Positions 1 through 9,316 of a stretch of DNA of 64,000 nucleotides are shown here, piece after piece. Both the position numbers and the translations under genes were made by a program. The notes beneath the pieces are model-generated. The model saw only the letters and a list, made by a program, of their open reading frames with translations. It made no database searches and was not told the DNA's origin. Each line of letters begins with the position of its first letter. The first letter of the stretch is position 1. This DNA comes from an uncultured Chloroflexia bacterium (GTDB lineage Bacteria; Chloroflexota; Limnocylindria; Limnocylindrales; CSP1-4): NCBI GenBank assembly GCA_963828165.1, contig CAWHDR010000001.1, forward strand, positions 1,120,001-1,184,000. The letters run 5' to 3'.

Positions 1-985
1 GCTCGAGCCCGCGCCGGCACAACGCAAGGTCGCGCGCCGTGTCGGTCCAGAGCGCGATCAGGGCCTCGGCCGCGCGCCGGCGCTCGGCGGCCGGAGTTCT
101 GACGCTGGTGCCACCTTCGTCGCCGGCGTCGCCGTTGGCGTCGACGCCATCGGACGCGGCGGTGCTCGTGGCTTTCACGACGACCGAGGCCGGCTCTCCT
201 GCCCCTTCGCCCATCGCCGTGAGGGAGCCGGCACGAGCCACGGCCGCCCGCACGCCGGCCAGCCGCTCCGCCGGCCGCGCCGCGAGCAGGTCCAGCAGCG
301 ATCGACTCAATTCATCGCGGACCCGCAGCGCCTCGGGCTGACGCGCCCAGGCCAGTGCAAGCCCTGGTCGTCCCGCGGTGATGCGGGCCAGGCGGCTCGC
401 GAGCGGGGCGTCGGCGACCCCATGCTCGGCCAGGATGGCCTCGACGTCGCGGGTGGCGACCGGCCCGAGTCGGAGACGGGCGCAGCGCGAACGGATGGTC
501 GGCAGCAGCGGCTCTTCGGCGTCCGCGCAGAGGATCAGCGTCACCCTGGAAGGTGGCTCCTCCAGCGTCTTGAGCAAGGCGGCCTGCGCGTCCTCGTTCA
601 TGCGCTGGGCCGCCTCGACGATGGCCACCCGGGCCCCGCCCTCGACCGGCAGGAGCGCAAGGTCGGCGATGAGATCCCGGATCCCTCGGACACGAGCGCC
701 GGGGCCGCCGATGACCACCTGGCGTCCCGGTCCCTCGGGACCGACCCGATGGACGTCGGGGTGGCCGCCCGAGGCGACCAACCGGCACGCGCGACACGAT
801 CCGCAGGGGCGGTCGGCCGGATCGTCCGCGGTGCACAGCAATCCGGCGGCCAGATCCATTGCGAGCGTCGTCTTGCCGACGCCGGCGGGACCCACGAGCA
901 GGACGGCATGGGGCGCTCCGCCACGGATCATCGAGCCGACCGCGGCGAGTGCCGCCGGCTGTCCGCGGGTCCGCGCCCCATCCAT
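1..985 (-). CDS. holB: DNA polymerase III subunit delta' (runs off window start)
   Basis: Manual translation from ATG 985: MDGARTRGQPAALAAVGSMIRGGAPHAVLLVGPAGVGKTT...LLC...RPCGSCRAC...HPDV, and later MNEDAQAALLKTLEEPP. Walker A, Zn finger and clamp-loader motif. Missing from the ORF track because there is no stop in the window. Confidence 0.9.
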   Translation of the reverse strand, partial: MDGARTRGQPAALAAVGSMIRGGAPHAVLLVGPAGVGKTTLAMDLAAGLLCTADDPADRPCGSCRACRLVASGGHPDVHRVGPEGPGRQVVIGGPGARVRGIRDLIADLALLPVEGGARVAIVEAAQRMNEDAQAALLKTLEEPPSRVTLILCADAEEPLLPTIRSRCARLRLGPVATRDVEAILAEHGVADAPLASRLARITAGRPGLALAWARQPEALRVRDELSRSLLDLLAARPAERLAGVRAAVARAGSLTAMGEGAGEPASVVVKATSTAASDGVDANGDAGDEGGTSVRTPAAERRRAAEALIALWTDTARDLALCRRGLE

Positions 986-996
986 CCTGGATTCGC

Positions 997-2997
997 TCAG
1001 GCGGGGTCGCTCGAGCTGGCTGCGGTCTTGCGAGTGGTCTTCCGCTTCGGCTTGGCCTCGGCCCCGGCGGCGTCCCCGGCTGCGCTGTCGGCGGCTGTGG
1101 CCGCGGTCTTGCGCGTGGTCCGTCGCTTGGGTGCGGGTGCTTCCGCGGATCCGGTGCCCGGATCGGTGCTGGCCGGGGCCGGCTCCGTCGCGGTTGCGCT
1201 CGTCGCCGCCTTCCGGGTGGAGCGTCGCTTCGGCGCGGCCGACTGGCCGTCCTCGGCCGGCGCGACAGCGGACGCCGTCGTCTTGCGCGTGGTCCGTCGC
1301 TTCGGCGCTGCGGCCGTCGCAGCATCCTCGATGGCGGCTTCGGCCGTGATCGCCTCGGCTGGTGCGACCGCATCGGCCGCCACCGGACGGGTCTCGCTGG
1401 GGCGGGACTCCGAGGTGCCGGGCTTCTGGCTCACCTGCGCGCGCAGCATCGCCTCGAGCTCGGGCGGGACCTCGCTCCACGGCTCGCTCGACGAGGTCGC
1501 GCGCGGCGTGGCCTCGCGGGGGCGCTCGTCACGGCGGGCGGGTCCCCGGTCCTCGCGTGGTCCGCGGCTCGGTGCGGCGTTTCCGCCCGTCCGGCCGCTG
1601 ACATCGGGGTAGCGGTTGATGCCGCCACCGCCACCGCCGCGTCCGTAGCGCTCGCGCTCGACCGCGGACTGGTACGCGGCCCGTCCGCCGCGCGGTCCCC
1701 CGCGGCCGCCCTGCGGGCTACGGGCGTTGCCGCCACGGGCCCCGCGGCGCTGCTCGGCGATGAGGTACTCGGGAATCTCCGGCTCGTCGAAATCCTCGTC
1801 GTCATCGCTGAGCGGAGTCAGGTTCGCAGAGCTCGGGGCCGCAGTCGTGCCGAGCTGCGAGTCCCACACCGATCCGAACGGAGTGGTTCGCGGGCCGCGC
1901 GGGGCCTGCGGCTCCTCCTCGATGTCGTCGGGATCCTCGTCCAGGTCGCGGGTCGGACCCGAGGCGGCCGATGAGGCCGCTGGGGCGGAACGGTCCGCGC
2001 TCGCGGGAGCGTCGATCGCCTCGTCACGCCCACGGCCACGACCGCGGCCGCGTCCCCCACGACGGCGCCGACGGCGACCCGTCTCGTCCTCGCGGAGCTC
2101 GGTACCCTCGGCATCGTCGGCTCCGGCCGACTCGACCGGCTGGGGCGATCCGTCGGTCGACACGACCGCCGGCTCACCGAGATCATCGATCGTGAAGACC
2201 TCGGCGGCCGCCAGATCCGATTCGGTGAGGTTGCCGACCGCCTTCGAGAGGCGCTCCCCGGGCAGGGCGACGAGTCCGGCGTCGCTGTCGTGAGCGGCCC
2301 CGACCCCGTTCGTGGCGACGGCTCCGGCGCGACCGCGTCCGCCGCGCGAGCGCGATGTCGTCGAGGTCACGGGCTCCGCCTCGCCGGAGCGGCCACGACC
2401 GCGCCCGCCGCGACCACGACCGCCGCGACCGAGCCCGGTGCCCTCCGTCTGCTTGTCGGGAACCTCCGTCATCGACAGGTCCGCGTCATCGTCCGCCACG
2501 CGGCGGCCGGAGCGGGAACCCTTCTCGACGCGCGCGAGCTGGGTGATGTCGGTGAACAGGTCCGCGACCTCGATGAGGTCCGATGAGGTGTTGCCGCGGA
2601 AGCTGATGACCTCGCAGCGTACGCCCATCTCCTGGACGGCACGGATCGCCGGGGCGAAGTCGCCGTCGCCCGACACGACGATCGCGATATCCAGGTTCCG
2701 GGCCGTCTTCATCATGTCGACGACGAGCTCGATATCGAGGTTGGCCTTGACCTTGCCGTCGCCGTACTTGCGGATGTCCTTGCTGACGACCTTGTACCCA
2801 TGACGGCGCAGGAAGTCGTGGAAATTGCGCTGGTTCTCGTTTTCCGGGTCCAGCCCGGTGTATGCGTAGGCACGCACGAGATCGCGCCCGGCCGAGGCCG
2901 ACTTGAGAAGCGTGACGTAATCGATGTCCACGCCGGCGGCCTTTGCCGCAAAGAAGATGTTCGCCACGTCTACGAAGACGGCGACGTTTTTGCTCAC
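997..2997 (-). CDS. NYN (LabA/DUF88) ribonuclease-domain protein with long disordered RGG/Arg-rich, acidic and basic-repeat C-terminal tail
   Basis: GTG start at 2997 behind AAGGAG. NYN motifs VFVDVANI, KANLDIEL, IVVSGDGDFAP in the first ~155 aa; the rest is low complexity. Confidence 0.9.
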   Translation of the reverse strand: MSKNVAVFVDVANIFFAAKAAGVDIDYVTLLKSASAGRDLVRAYAYTGLDPENENQRNFHDFLRRHGYKVVSKDIRKYGDGKVKANLDIELVVDMMKTARNLDIAIVVSGDGDFAPAIRAVQEMGVRCEVISFRGNTSSDLIEVADLFTDITQLARVEKGSRSGRRVADDDADLSMTEVPDKQTEGTGLGRGGRGRGGRGRGRSGEAEPVTSTTSRSRGGRGRAGAVATNGVGAAHDSDAGLVALPGERLSKAVGNLTESDLAAAEVFTIDDLGEPAVVSTDGSPQPVESAGADDAEGTELREDETGRRRRRRGGRGRGRGRGRDEAIDAPASADRSAPAASSAASGPTRDLDEDPDDIEEEPQAPRGPRTTPFGSVWDSQLGTTAAPSSANLTPLSDDDEDFDEPEIPEYLIAEQRRGARGGNARSPQGGRGGPRGGRAAYQSAVERERYGRGGGGGGINRYPDVSGRTGGNAAPSRGPREDRGPARRDERPREATPRATSSSEPWSEVPPELEAMLRAQVSQKPGTSESRPSETRPVAADAVAPAEAITAEAAIEDAATAAAPKRRTTRKTTASAVAPAEDGQSAAPKRRSTRKAATSATATEPAPASTDPGTGSAEAPAPKRRTTRKTAATAADSAAGDAAGAEAKPKRKTTRKTAASSSDPA
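1021..1310 (-). repeat. Four intragenic PKR(R/K)(T/S)TRK basic repeats
   Basis: PKRRTTRKT, PKRRSTRKA, PKRRTTRKT, PKRKTTRKT; the DNA gtcttgcgcgtggtccgtcgctt recurs. Confidence 0.85.
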
Positions 2998-3064
2998 GAA
3001 TGACTCCTTGGTCCGATATATGGCGCTCGGCCGGCGCGATCGCGCTGCTCGGCGGAGCGTTGAG

Positions 3065-3529
3065 CTAGGTGCGGCGCGCCGTGATTCCCACCGCGGCCAC
3101 GGTTCGTTGGATGCGCGGACCGGCGAGCGCAAAACCTTGCGCCGCCCAGCGGCCCAGGGCCGCCGGATCGTCCGGGCGGACTGCCTCCACGAGGGTGCAG
3201 CCTTTGTTGCTCGCCGAGCGGATGAGGTCCTCGAGGAGGGCGTCCGTCACGCGGTCCGCGTCATGGTCGGGGTCGACGACCAGAAGGTCGATCGTGCCGA
3301 CGAAGCCGCCAGCACGTACCGAGGGCCGTAGGGCCAAGACGGCCCCACCTACGACGACACGCTGCGTCTCGGCCACGAAGATGCTGGCCTGCGGAAGGTA
3401 CACCAGCTGGCGCATGAGGTCCGCCGCATCGAGCGGGCTGGCACCACGGTCCACACGAAGGTCACCGTCGCTCAATGCGACGAGACGGTCGATATCCGTG
3501 ACACGGGCTGCTCGGATCAGGTATTCCAC
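3065..3529 (-). CDS. GNAT-family N-acetyltransferase-fold protein
   Basis: GTG start VEYLIRAARVTDIDRL; GNAT topology (GTIDLLVVDPDH...LLEDLIRSASNKGC...WAAQGF). The acetyl-CoA R/QxxGxG motif is degenerate. Confidence 0.7.
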   Translation of the reverse strand: MEYLIRAARVTDIDRLVALSDGDLRVDRGASPLDAADLMRQLVYLPQASIFVAETQRVVVGGAVLALRPSVRAGGFVGTIDLLVVDPDHDADRVTDALLEDLIRSASNKGCTLVEAVRPDDPAALGRWAAQGFALAGPRIQRTVAAVGITARRT

Positions 3530-3687
3530 GCCGAAGGTTCGTACCTCGCAGGACGGCGACCCGTCGCCCCTCGACCTGGGTCGTTGTGACCCTGGGCCGG
3601 TACCTCCTGGCCTGCGGACCCTGCCAACGGCGAGCATGAAGCTCGCGACACGCGCGAGGCGCACGGCGGGGGTGCGGCCGACCGGTA

Positions 3688-3715
3688 TTGCATTCAGGTC
3701 GCCGGTGGCTATGAT
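3688..3715 (+). promoter_or_regulatory. Sigma70-type promoter for the liv operon
   Basis: TTGCAT (3688-3693), 16 nt, TATGAT (3710-3715). Confidence 0.55.
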
Positions 3716-3945
3716 ACGGCATCGTTTCGGCGGTCACCTGCGCACCGCCCGAACACGGTCCTGCATCGCCGTCCGTCACGCACCGCCGCTCGCCCCGTCG
3801 ACGCCCTGGGAGGGCACCGTCGGTGGGACGCGAGCACGAGGGCGACGGGCGAGCCTCGCATCTCCGTTTCGGGAGCTGGCGGGAAGGCCCCGGCCGAAGG
3901 TCGCTCCGGAACCGCCGGACGATCGGACACTCAGGAGGAGAATGC

Positions 3946-5247
3946 ATGAAGCTCACCAAGGTCGGAGCCGTCGCCGCGAGTGCGGTGTTCGTCTTCGCCG
4001 CTTGCTCACCGGCCCCGGCTGGGTCTGCTGCTGCCCCTAGTGGCAGTGGAGGCGCCGCCGCACAGCCGGAGGTCTGCAAGAACAAGAAGGGCACGAGCAG
4101 CAACGAGATCCACGTGTACTCGTCGTTGCCGCGTCAGGGTTCGAACACGGCCCAGACGAACGCCCTCGTCGAGTCGATCAAGGAGATCCTTGACGGCAAG
4201 ACGGTCGGTTCATTCACGATCAAGTACACGGACCTCGACGACTCTTCGGCCGCCAACAATGGCGACTGGGACGGCGCCGTGGCCCAGCAGAACGCGACGA
4301 CCGCGGCCAACGACCCCGACGCGATGGTCTTCATCGGCCACTTCAACTCGGGTGCGGCCAAGCTCACGATCCCGATCCTCAATGCCGCCTGCCTCGTCAT
4401 GATCAGCCCCGCGAACACGTATCCGGGCCTGACCACGGCGGTCGAGGGCGTCACGGAGCCGGGCGAGCCGGATAGCTACTATCCGAACGGCTATCGCAAC
4501 TACTCGCGCGTCATCTCGACGGACAACAAGCAGGGTGGAGCCGGCGCGGCCTGGGCCAAGGAGCTCGGCGCCACGAAGGCCTACGTCCTCGACGACACCC
4601 AGGTCTACGGCAAGGGCCTTGCACGATCGTGGGCACTGTCCGCGAACGAGCTCGGCATCGAGGTCGTCAGCGCGAACGGCACGAGCGAAGGCTTCGACGC
4701 CAAGGCGACGGACTACGCCGCCCTGGCCCAGAAGGTCAAGGACTCGGGTGCCGACTTCGTCTACATCGGATCCATCACGGGCCAGAACACGGGCAAGCTC
4801 TGGAAGGACCTTCGGGCCGCCATGCCTGACATGAAGATCATGTCCGGCGACGGCGTGTTCGAGGAGTCGTGGTACGAGGGCACAGGCGAGGCTGGCAACA
4901 GCACCTACCTCACCTTCGGCGGCGTCGGTCCGAACGAGCAGACCTCGGACGCCGGCAAGAAGTGGGTCGCCGACTACAAGGCGGCGCACGACGGCGACGA
5001 TCCGCCCGTCTACGGCATCTACGGTGCGGCCGCGGCCCAGCTCGCGCTGGACGCCCTCACCCGAGCCGGGACCAACGACCGCTACGAGGTCCTGAAGAAC
5101 GTCTTCTCGACCACGGACTTCGCGTCGTACCTCGGCACGTTCTCCATCAAGCCGGACGGCGACACGACGCTGGCCGAGGCGACCGGTTATCAGGTCGTCG
5201 ACAGCTGGCCGCCGAAGTTCGAGAAGGTGCTCGCCGCGCCCGAGTGA
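3946..5247 (+). CDS. livK: Branched-chain amino acid ABC transporter substrate-binding lipoprotein
   Basis: AGGAGGAG RBS, lipobox FAAC, IGHFNSGAA and MISPANT motifs; first gene of the liv operon. Confidence 0.9.
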   Translation: MKLTKVGAVAASAVFVFAACSPAPAGSAAAPSGSGGAAAQPEVCKNKKGTSSNEIHVYSSLPRQGSNTAQTNALVESIKEILDGKTVGSFTIKYTDLDDSSAANNGDWDGAVAQQNATTAANDPDAMVFIGHFNSGAAKLTIPILNAACLVMISPANTYPGLTTAVEGVTEPGEPDSYYPNGYRNYSRVISTDNKQGGAGAAWAKELGATKAYVLDDTQVYGKGLARSWALSANELGIEVVSANGTSEGFDAKATDYAALAQKVKDSGADFVYIGSITGQNTGKLWKDLRAAMPDMKIMSGDGVFEESWYEGTGEAGNSTYLTFGGVGPNEQTSDAGKKWVADYKAAHDGDDPPVYGIYGAAAAQLALDALTRAGTNDRYEVLKNVFSTTDFASYLGTFSIKPDGDTTLAEATGYQVVDSWPPKFEKVLAAPE

Positions 5248-5274
5248 GGCAGGCGACAACGCCGTAACAGAACG

Positions 5275-5304
5275 GCGGGGGCGGACCACCAGGTCCGCCC
5301 CCGC
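5275..5304 (+). terminator. Intercistronic hairpin after livK
   Basis: Perfect 13-bp stem GCGGGGGCGGACC-acca-GGTCCGCCCCCGC. No U-tract, so it may be an mRNA stabiliser or partial terminator. Confidence 0.6.
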
Positions 5305-5345
5305 TGTCTATCCCACCGGAACTGCCACGGAGAACTGACCGCTCC

Positions 5346-6278
5346 ATGGACGACCAGCTCATCCAGACGATCATCATCGGTCTCTCCAACGGCCTCATCT
5401 ACGCCCTCGTGGCCCTCGGCTACACCCTCGTCTACGGGATCCTCCAGCTGATCAACTTCGCCCACGGCGACGTGTTCATGCTCGGCTCGATGATCGCGTT
5501 GACGCTGCTCCAGATCTTCGGTGTGGTGCCTGGACTCGACCTCCTGACCACGGTCGCCCTGATCTTCGCCGTGCTCGTCATCACGATGGCCATCACGGCG
5601 CTGCTGAACGTCTCGATCGAACGCGTCGCCTATCGACCGTTGCGCAACGCGCCCAAGCTCGCGCCGCTGATCTCGGCGATCGGCATGAGCTTCATCCTCC
5701 AGAACGTCGGCCTGCTCTGGAAGGGCCCCGCCAACCTGGGCTATCCGGACGTCATCCCGAACACGAACATCCTGACCTCGGTCCTTGGCCTGGACACGGC
5801 CATCGAGTTCTCGTTCAAGCAGTTCTTCGTCGCCATCATCACGATCCCGCTCCTGCTGGTCCTGATGTGGTTCGTCGGCAAGACGCGCCAGGGCAAGGCG
5901 ATGCGCGCGACGGCCCAGGATCCGGACACCGCCGGACTGATGGGCATCGACGTCAACCGGACGATCGCGATCACGTTCATCATCGCGGGTGCGCTCGCGG
6001 GCGCCGCCGGCCTCGTCCAGATCCTCTACAACAACACGACCGTGTGGAACCTGGGCTTCCGATTCGGGCTGAACGCCTTCACGTCCGCCGTGCTGGGCGG
6101 CATCGGCAACCTCCAGGGGGCCGTGCTGGGCGGGATCGTGCTGGGCCTCATCAACGCGTTCAGTGACCGCTATCTGTCGGCTCAATGGACGAACGCCATC
6201 GTCTTCGGCGTGCTGATCGCCGTCCTGGTGTTCCGCCCGACGGGCCTCCTCGGCCAGCAGCTGGCGGACCGGGCATGA
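5346..6278 (+). CDS. livH: Branched-chain amino acid ABC permease
   Basis: YALVALGYTLVYGILQLINFAHGD motif. Confidence 0.95.
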   Translation: MDDQLIQTIIIGLSNGLIYALVALGYTLVYGILQLINFAHGDVFMLGSMIALTLLQIFGVVPGLDLLTTVALIFAVLVITMAITALLNVSIERVAYRPLRNAPKLAPLISAIGMSFILQNVGLLWKGPANLGYPDVIPNTNILTSVLGLDTAIEFSFKQFFVAIITIPLLLVLMWFVGKTRQGKAMRATAQDPDTAGLMGIDVNRTIAITFIIAGALAGAAGLVQILYNNTTVWNLGFRFGLNAFTSAVLGGIGNLQGAVLGGIVLGLINAFSDRYLSAQWTNAIVFGVLIAVLVFRPTGLLGQQLADRA

Positions 6279-7729
6279 GCAGCAGCCTGGTCACCCCGGT
6301 CCGGGTCGAAAAGACCGGCGGCCTCTCCGCGTGGCTGCGCCACATGGGCGCAGCCGTCACGAGCTGGCCACAGTCCTATCGGGCGGCCTATGCGAAGAAT
6401 CGGCGCCGCACGATCCTGCTGACGCTCCTCGTCATCGGCGTCTTCCTCTACCCGATCATCTACCCGGCCATCCCGTCGAACATCACCCGGGCGCTGCCGC
6501 TTCCGAGCAGCACGGTGGTCATGTTCATGCTGATCTTCGGGATCATGGCCATCGGCCTCAATGTCGTCATCGGCTTCGCCGGCCTGCTGGACCTCGGGTA
6601 CGTGGCGTTCTACGCGATCGGCGCCTACACGGCCGCCTTCCTCGCATCACCCCACTTCGGCGGCGTGTCGGTCGTCCTGTTCTCGAGCGTGCCACCCGGC
6701 TTCCCGGGGATCCACCTGCCGTTCGCCCTGATCTTCCTGCTAGCGGCCGCCGTGGCCGCGGTCTTCGGCGCGCTGCTCGGCGCCCCGACCCTGCGCCTCC
6801 GTGGTGACTACCTCGCCATCGTGACGCTGGGATTCGGCGAGATCGTTCCGATCTTCTTCAAGAACCTCGTCAACGTGAACTTCACGTTCGGCCCCATCCA
6901 GCTCGTCAACGCCAACCTCACCGGCGGACCTCTCGGGATCAACCCCATCGATCCGCCCAGCTTCCTCGGGTTCAAGTTCGGCGTGATCAGCGGGTTCGCG
7001 CCGATCTATCTCGGCATCGCGCTCGTGGTGATCGCGATCGTCATCGCGCGAAACCTGGAACGTTCGCGTATGGGACGCGCCTGGATGGCCATCCGCGAGG
7101 ACGAGATCGCCGCCGAGATGATGGGCGTCAACACCGTCCGGACCAAGCTCCTCGCGTTCGCCCTGGGGGCGGCCTTCGCGGGCGTCGCGGGTGCGCTGCA
7201 GGCGTCCTACCAGGGCGCGACGACGTCCGACTTCTTCATGTTCTCGACGTCGATCCTGGTGGTGATCATGATCATCCTGGGCGGCATCGGGAACATCTGG
7301 GGCGTGCTCGTCGGGGCCATCGTCGTCCAGTACGTCGACAAGACCCTGCTGGCTTGGGTCGGTAACCGCCTGTCGGATGTCGGCGGCGCGACCGGGCTCG
7401 AGCAGTTGAGCGACATCAACCCCTCGTCCTTCAGCTTCCTGCTGCTCGGCATCGCGCTCGTCGTGATGATGCGGTTCCGTCCGGAAGGCTTCCTGCCGAG
7501 CCGCCAGCGCGCCGCGGAGATGCACACGGCCCCACCGGGCCAGGCGATCGGCTCGATCGGCCTCATCGAGGAGGAGGGTCTCGTGCCCGAGCTCGATCCG
7601 ACCGAGCCCGGCGGTGAGGAGGATCCTGAGCAAGCGGAGGTGCCCGGCGAGGAGCCGCCCGGCCAGACCATCGCAGAAAGCCGCGGCGAAGTCACCGGCG
7701 ATGGCCCCGACGACGAGACGCCACGATGA
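6275..7729 (+). CDS. livM: Branched-chain amino acid ABC permease
   Basis: GLNVVIGFAGLLDLGYVAF and LRLRGDYLAIVTLGFGEI; ATGA overlap with livH. Confidence 0.95.
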   Translation: MSSSLVTPVRVEKTGGLSAWLRHMGAAVTSWPQSYRAAYAKNRRRTILLTLLVIGVFLYPIIYPAIPSNITRALPLPSSTVVMFMLIFGIMAIGLNVVIGFAGLLDLGYVAFYAIGAYTAAFLASPHFGGVSVVLFSSVPPGFPGIHLPFALIFLLAAAVAAVFGALLGAPTLRLRGDYLAIVTLGFGEIVPIFFKNLVNVNFTFGPIQLVNANLTGGPLGINPIDPPSFLGFKFGVISGFAPIYLGIALVVIAIVIARNLERSRMGRAWMAIREDEIAAEMMGVNTVRTKLLAFALGAAFAGVAGALQASYQGATTSDFFMFSTSILVVIMIILGGIGNIWGVLVGAIVVQYVDKTLLAWVGNRLSDVGGATGLEQLSDINPSSFSFLLLGIALVVMMRFRPEGFLPSRQRAAEMHTAPPGQAIGSIGLIEEEGLVPELDPTEPGGEEDPEQAEVPGEEPPGQTIAESRGEVTGDGPDDETPR

Positions 7730-8589
7730 CGACGGGCGTCACCTACGAGCAGGGGGCCACGCCGTTGACCGGCCAGGTACCGGACGACCAGATCCTGGTC
7801 CGCGCCCGGAACGTGACGAAGCGGTTCGGCGGCCTGGTGGCGGTCAACGCCGTCGATTTCGACATCCCGCGGGGCAGCATCGTCTCGCTCATCGGGCCGA
7901 ACGGCGCCGGCAAGACGACGTTCTTCAACATGATCACCGGCGCCTACGTGCCGACGAGCGGCGAGATCTCGTTCGACGGTCGCGACATCGTGACGACGAA
8001 GGGCAGCAAGGTCCGCTCGCTCAAGCCGCACCAGGTCACCCAGCTCGGGATCGGTCGGACCTTCCAGAACATCCGCCTGTTCGGCACGATGTCCGCCCTC
8101 GACAACGTGCTCGTCGGCGAGCACGTCCACCTGCGCAGCCGCTGGTGGGACGCGGTCCTGCGCACGCCCCGCAACAACGTGGAGGAAGAGGCGAGCGTCG
8201 AGCGTGCGCACGAGCTGCTCAAGTTCGTCGGACTCGACGAACGGCCCCACGCCTGGGCGCGGAACCTGCCCTACGGCGACCAGCGCCGCCTCGAGATCGC
8301 GCGAGCCCTCGCGACCAGCCCCAAGCTGCTGCTTCTCGACGAGCCGACCGCAGGCATGAACGCCTCGGAGACGCGTGACCTGACCGACTTCATCCGTCGC
8401 CTGCGCTCCGAGCTCGGCCTGACCGTCCTGCTCATCGAGCACGACATGCGCGTCGTCATGGGCATCAGCGACCGGGTCACGGTGCTCGACTACGGCGAGG
8501 TGCTGGCCGAAGGCAGCCCCGCCGAGGTTCGCGCCAATCCCCGGGTCATCGAGGCGTACCTGGGCCGCGGCGCGGCGGAGGGAGCCTGA
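7726..8589 (+). CDS. livG: Branched-chain amino acid ABC ATPase
   Basis: GPNGAGKTT, RTFQNIRLF, LPYGDQRRLEIARALA. Confidence 0.95.
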   Translation: MTTGVTYEQGATPLTGQVPDDQILVRARNVTKRFGGLVAVNAVDFDIPRGSIVSLIGPNGAGKTTFFNMITGAYVPTSGEISFDGRDIVTTKGSKVRSLKPHQVTQLGIGRTFQNIRLFGTMSALDNVLVGEHVHLRSRWWDAVLRTPRNNVEEEASVERAHELLKFVGLDERPHAWARNLPYGDQRRLEIARALATSPKLLLLDEPTAGMNASETRDLTDFIRRLRSELGLTVLLIEHDMRVVMGISDRVTVLDYGEVLAEGSPAEVRANPRVIEAYLGRGAAEGA

Positions 8590-8590
8590 C

Positions 8591-9304
8591 GTGGCCCTCC
8601 TCGAGCTCAAGGACGTCCACACCTATTACGGGGCGATCCACGCCCTGCGCGGTGTCAGCTTCACGGTCGACGAGGGCGAGATCGTCACGCTGATCGGGTC
8701 GAACGGCGCCGGCAAGTCGACCACGCTGCGCACGATCTCCGGCCTCCTCCGACCGCGCCAGGGCGAGATCTGGCTGCGCGGCGAGCGGATCGACAGCCGC
8801 AAGCCGCACGAGATCGTCGCGCTCGGCGTCAGTCAGAGCCCCGAGGGCCGCCGGGTGTTCGCACGGATGAACATCCAGGAGAACCTGGAGATGGGGGCGT
8901 TTGCGCGAAAGGATCGCGGCGCCCTCGCGACCGAGTACGCGCGGATATACGAGCTGTTTCCTCGCCTGAGCGAGCGCAAGCTCCAGAAGGCCGGCACGCT
9001 GTCGGGCGGTGAGCAGCAGATGCTCGCCATCGGTCGGGCCCTGATGGCGGCTCCCAAGGTGCTGCTCCTCGACGAGCCGTCGATGGGCCTCGCGCCGATC
9101 CTCGTCGAGCAGATCTTCGAGATCCTCAAGACCATCAACGCGCAGGGGACGACCGTGCTGCTCGTGGAGCAGAATGCGTTGATGGCGCTCGGCATCGCGC
9201 GACGTGGCTACATCCTGCAGACCGGGGAGGTCGTCCTCACCGACACCGCCGACAAGCTGCGCACCGACCCGGCCGTCCGCAAGGCCTATCTCGGAGAGGA
9301 CTGA
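8591..9304 (+). CDS. livF: Branched-chain amino acid ABC ATPase
   Basis: GSNGAGKST, LSGGEQQMLAIGRALM, DEPSMGLAP. Confidence 0.95.
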   Translation: MALLELKDVHTYYGAIHALRGVSFTVDEGEIVTLIGSNGAGKSTTLRTISGLLRPRQGEIWLRGERIDSRKPHEIVALGVSQSPEGRRVFARMNIQENLEMGAFARKDRGALATEYARIYELFPRLSERKLQKAGTLSGGEQQMLAIGRALMAAPKVLLLDEPSMGLAPILVEQIFEILKTINAQGTTVLLVEQNALMALGIARRGYILQTGEVVLTDTADKLRTDPAVRKAYLGED

Positions 9305-9316
9305 CCGGGGGGCGCG

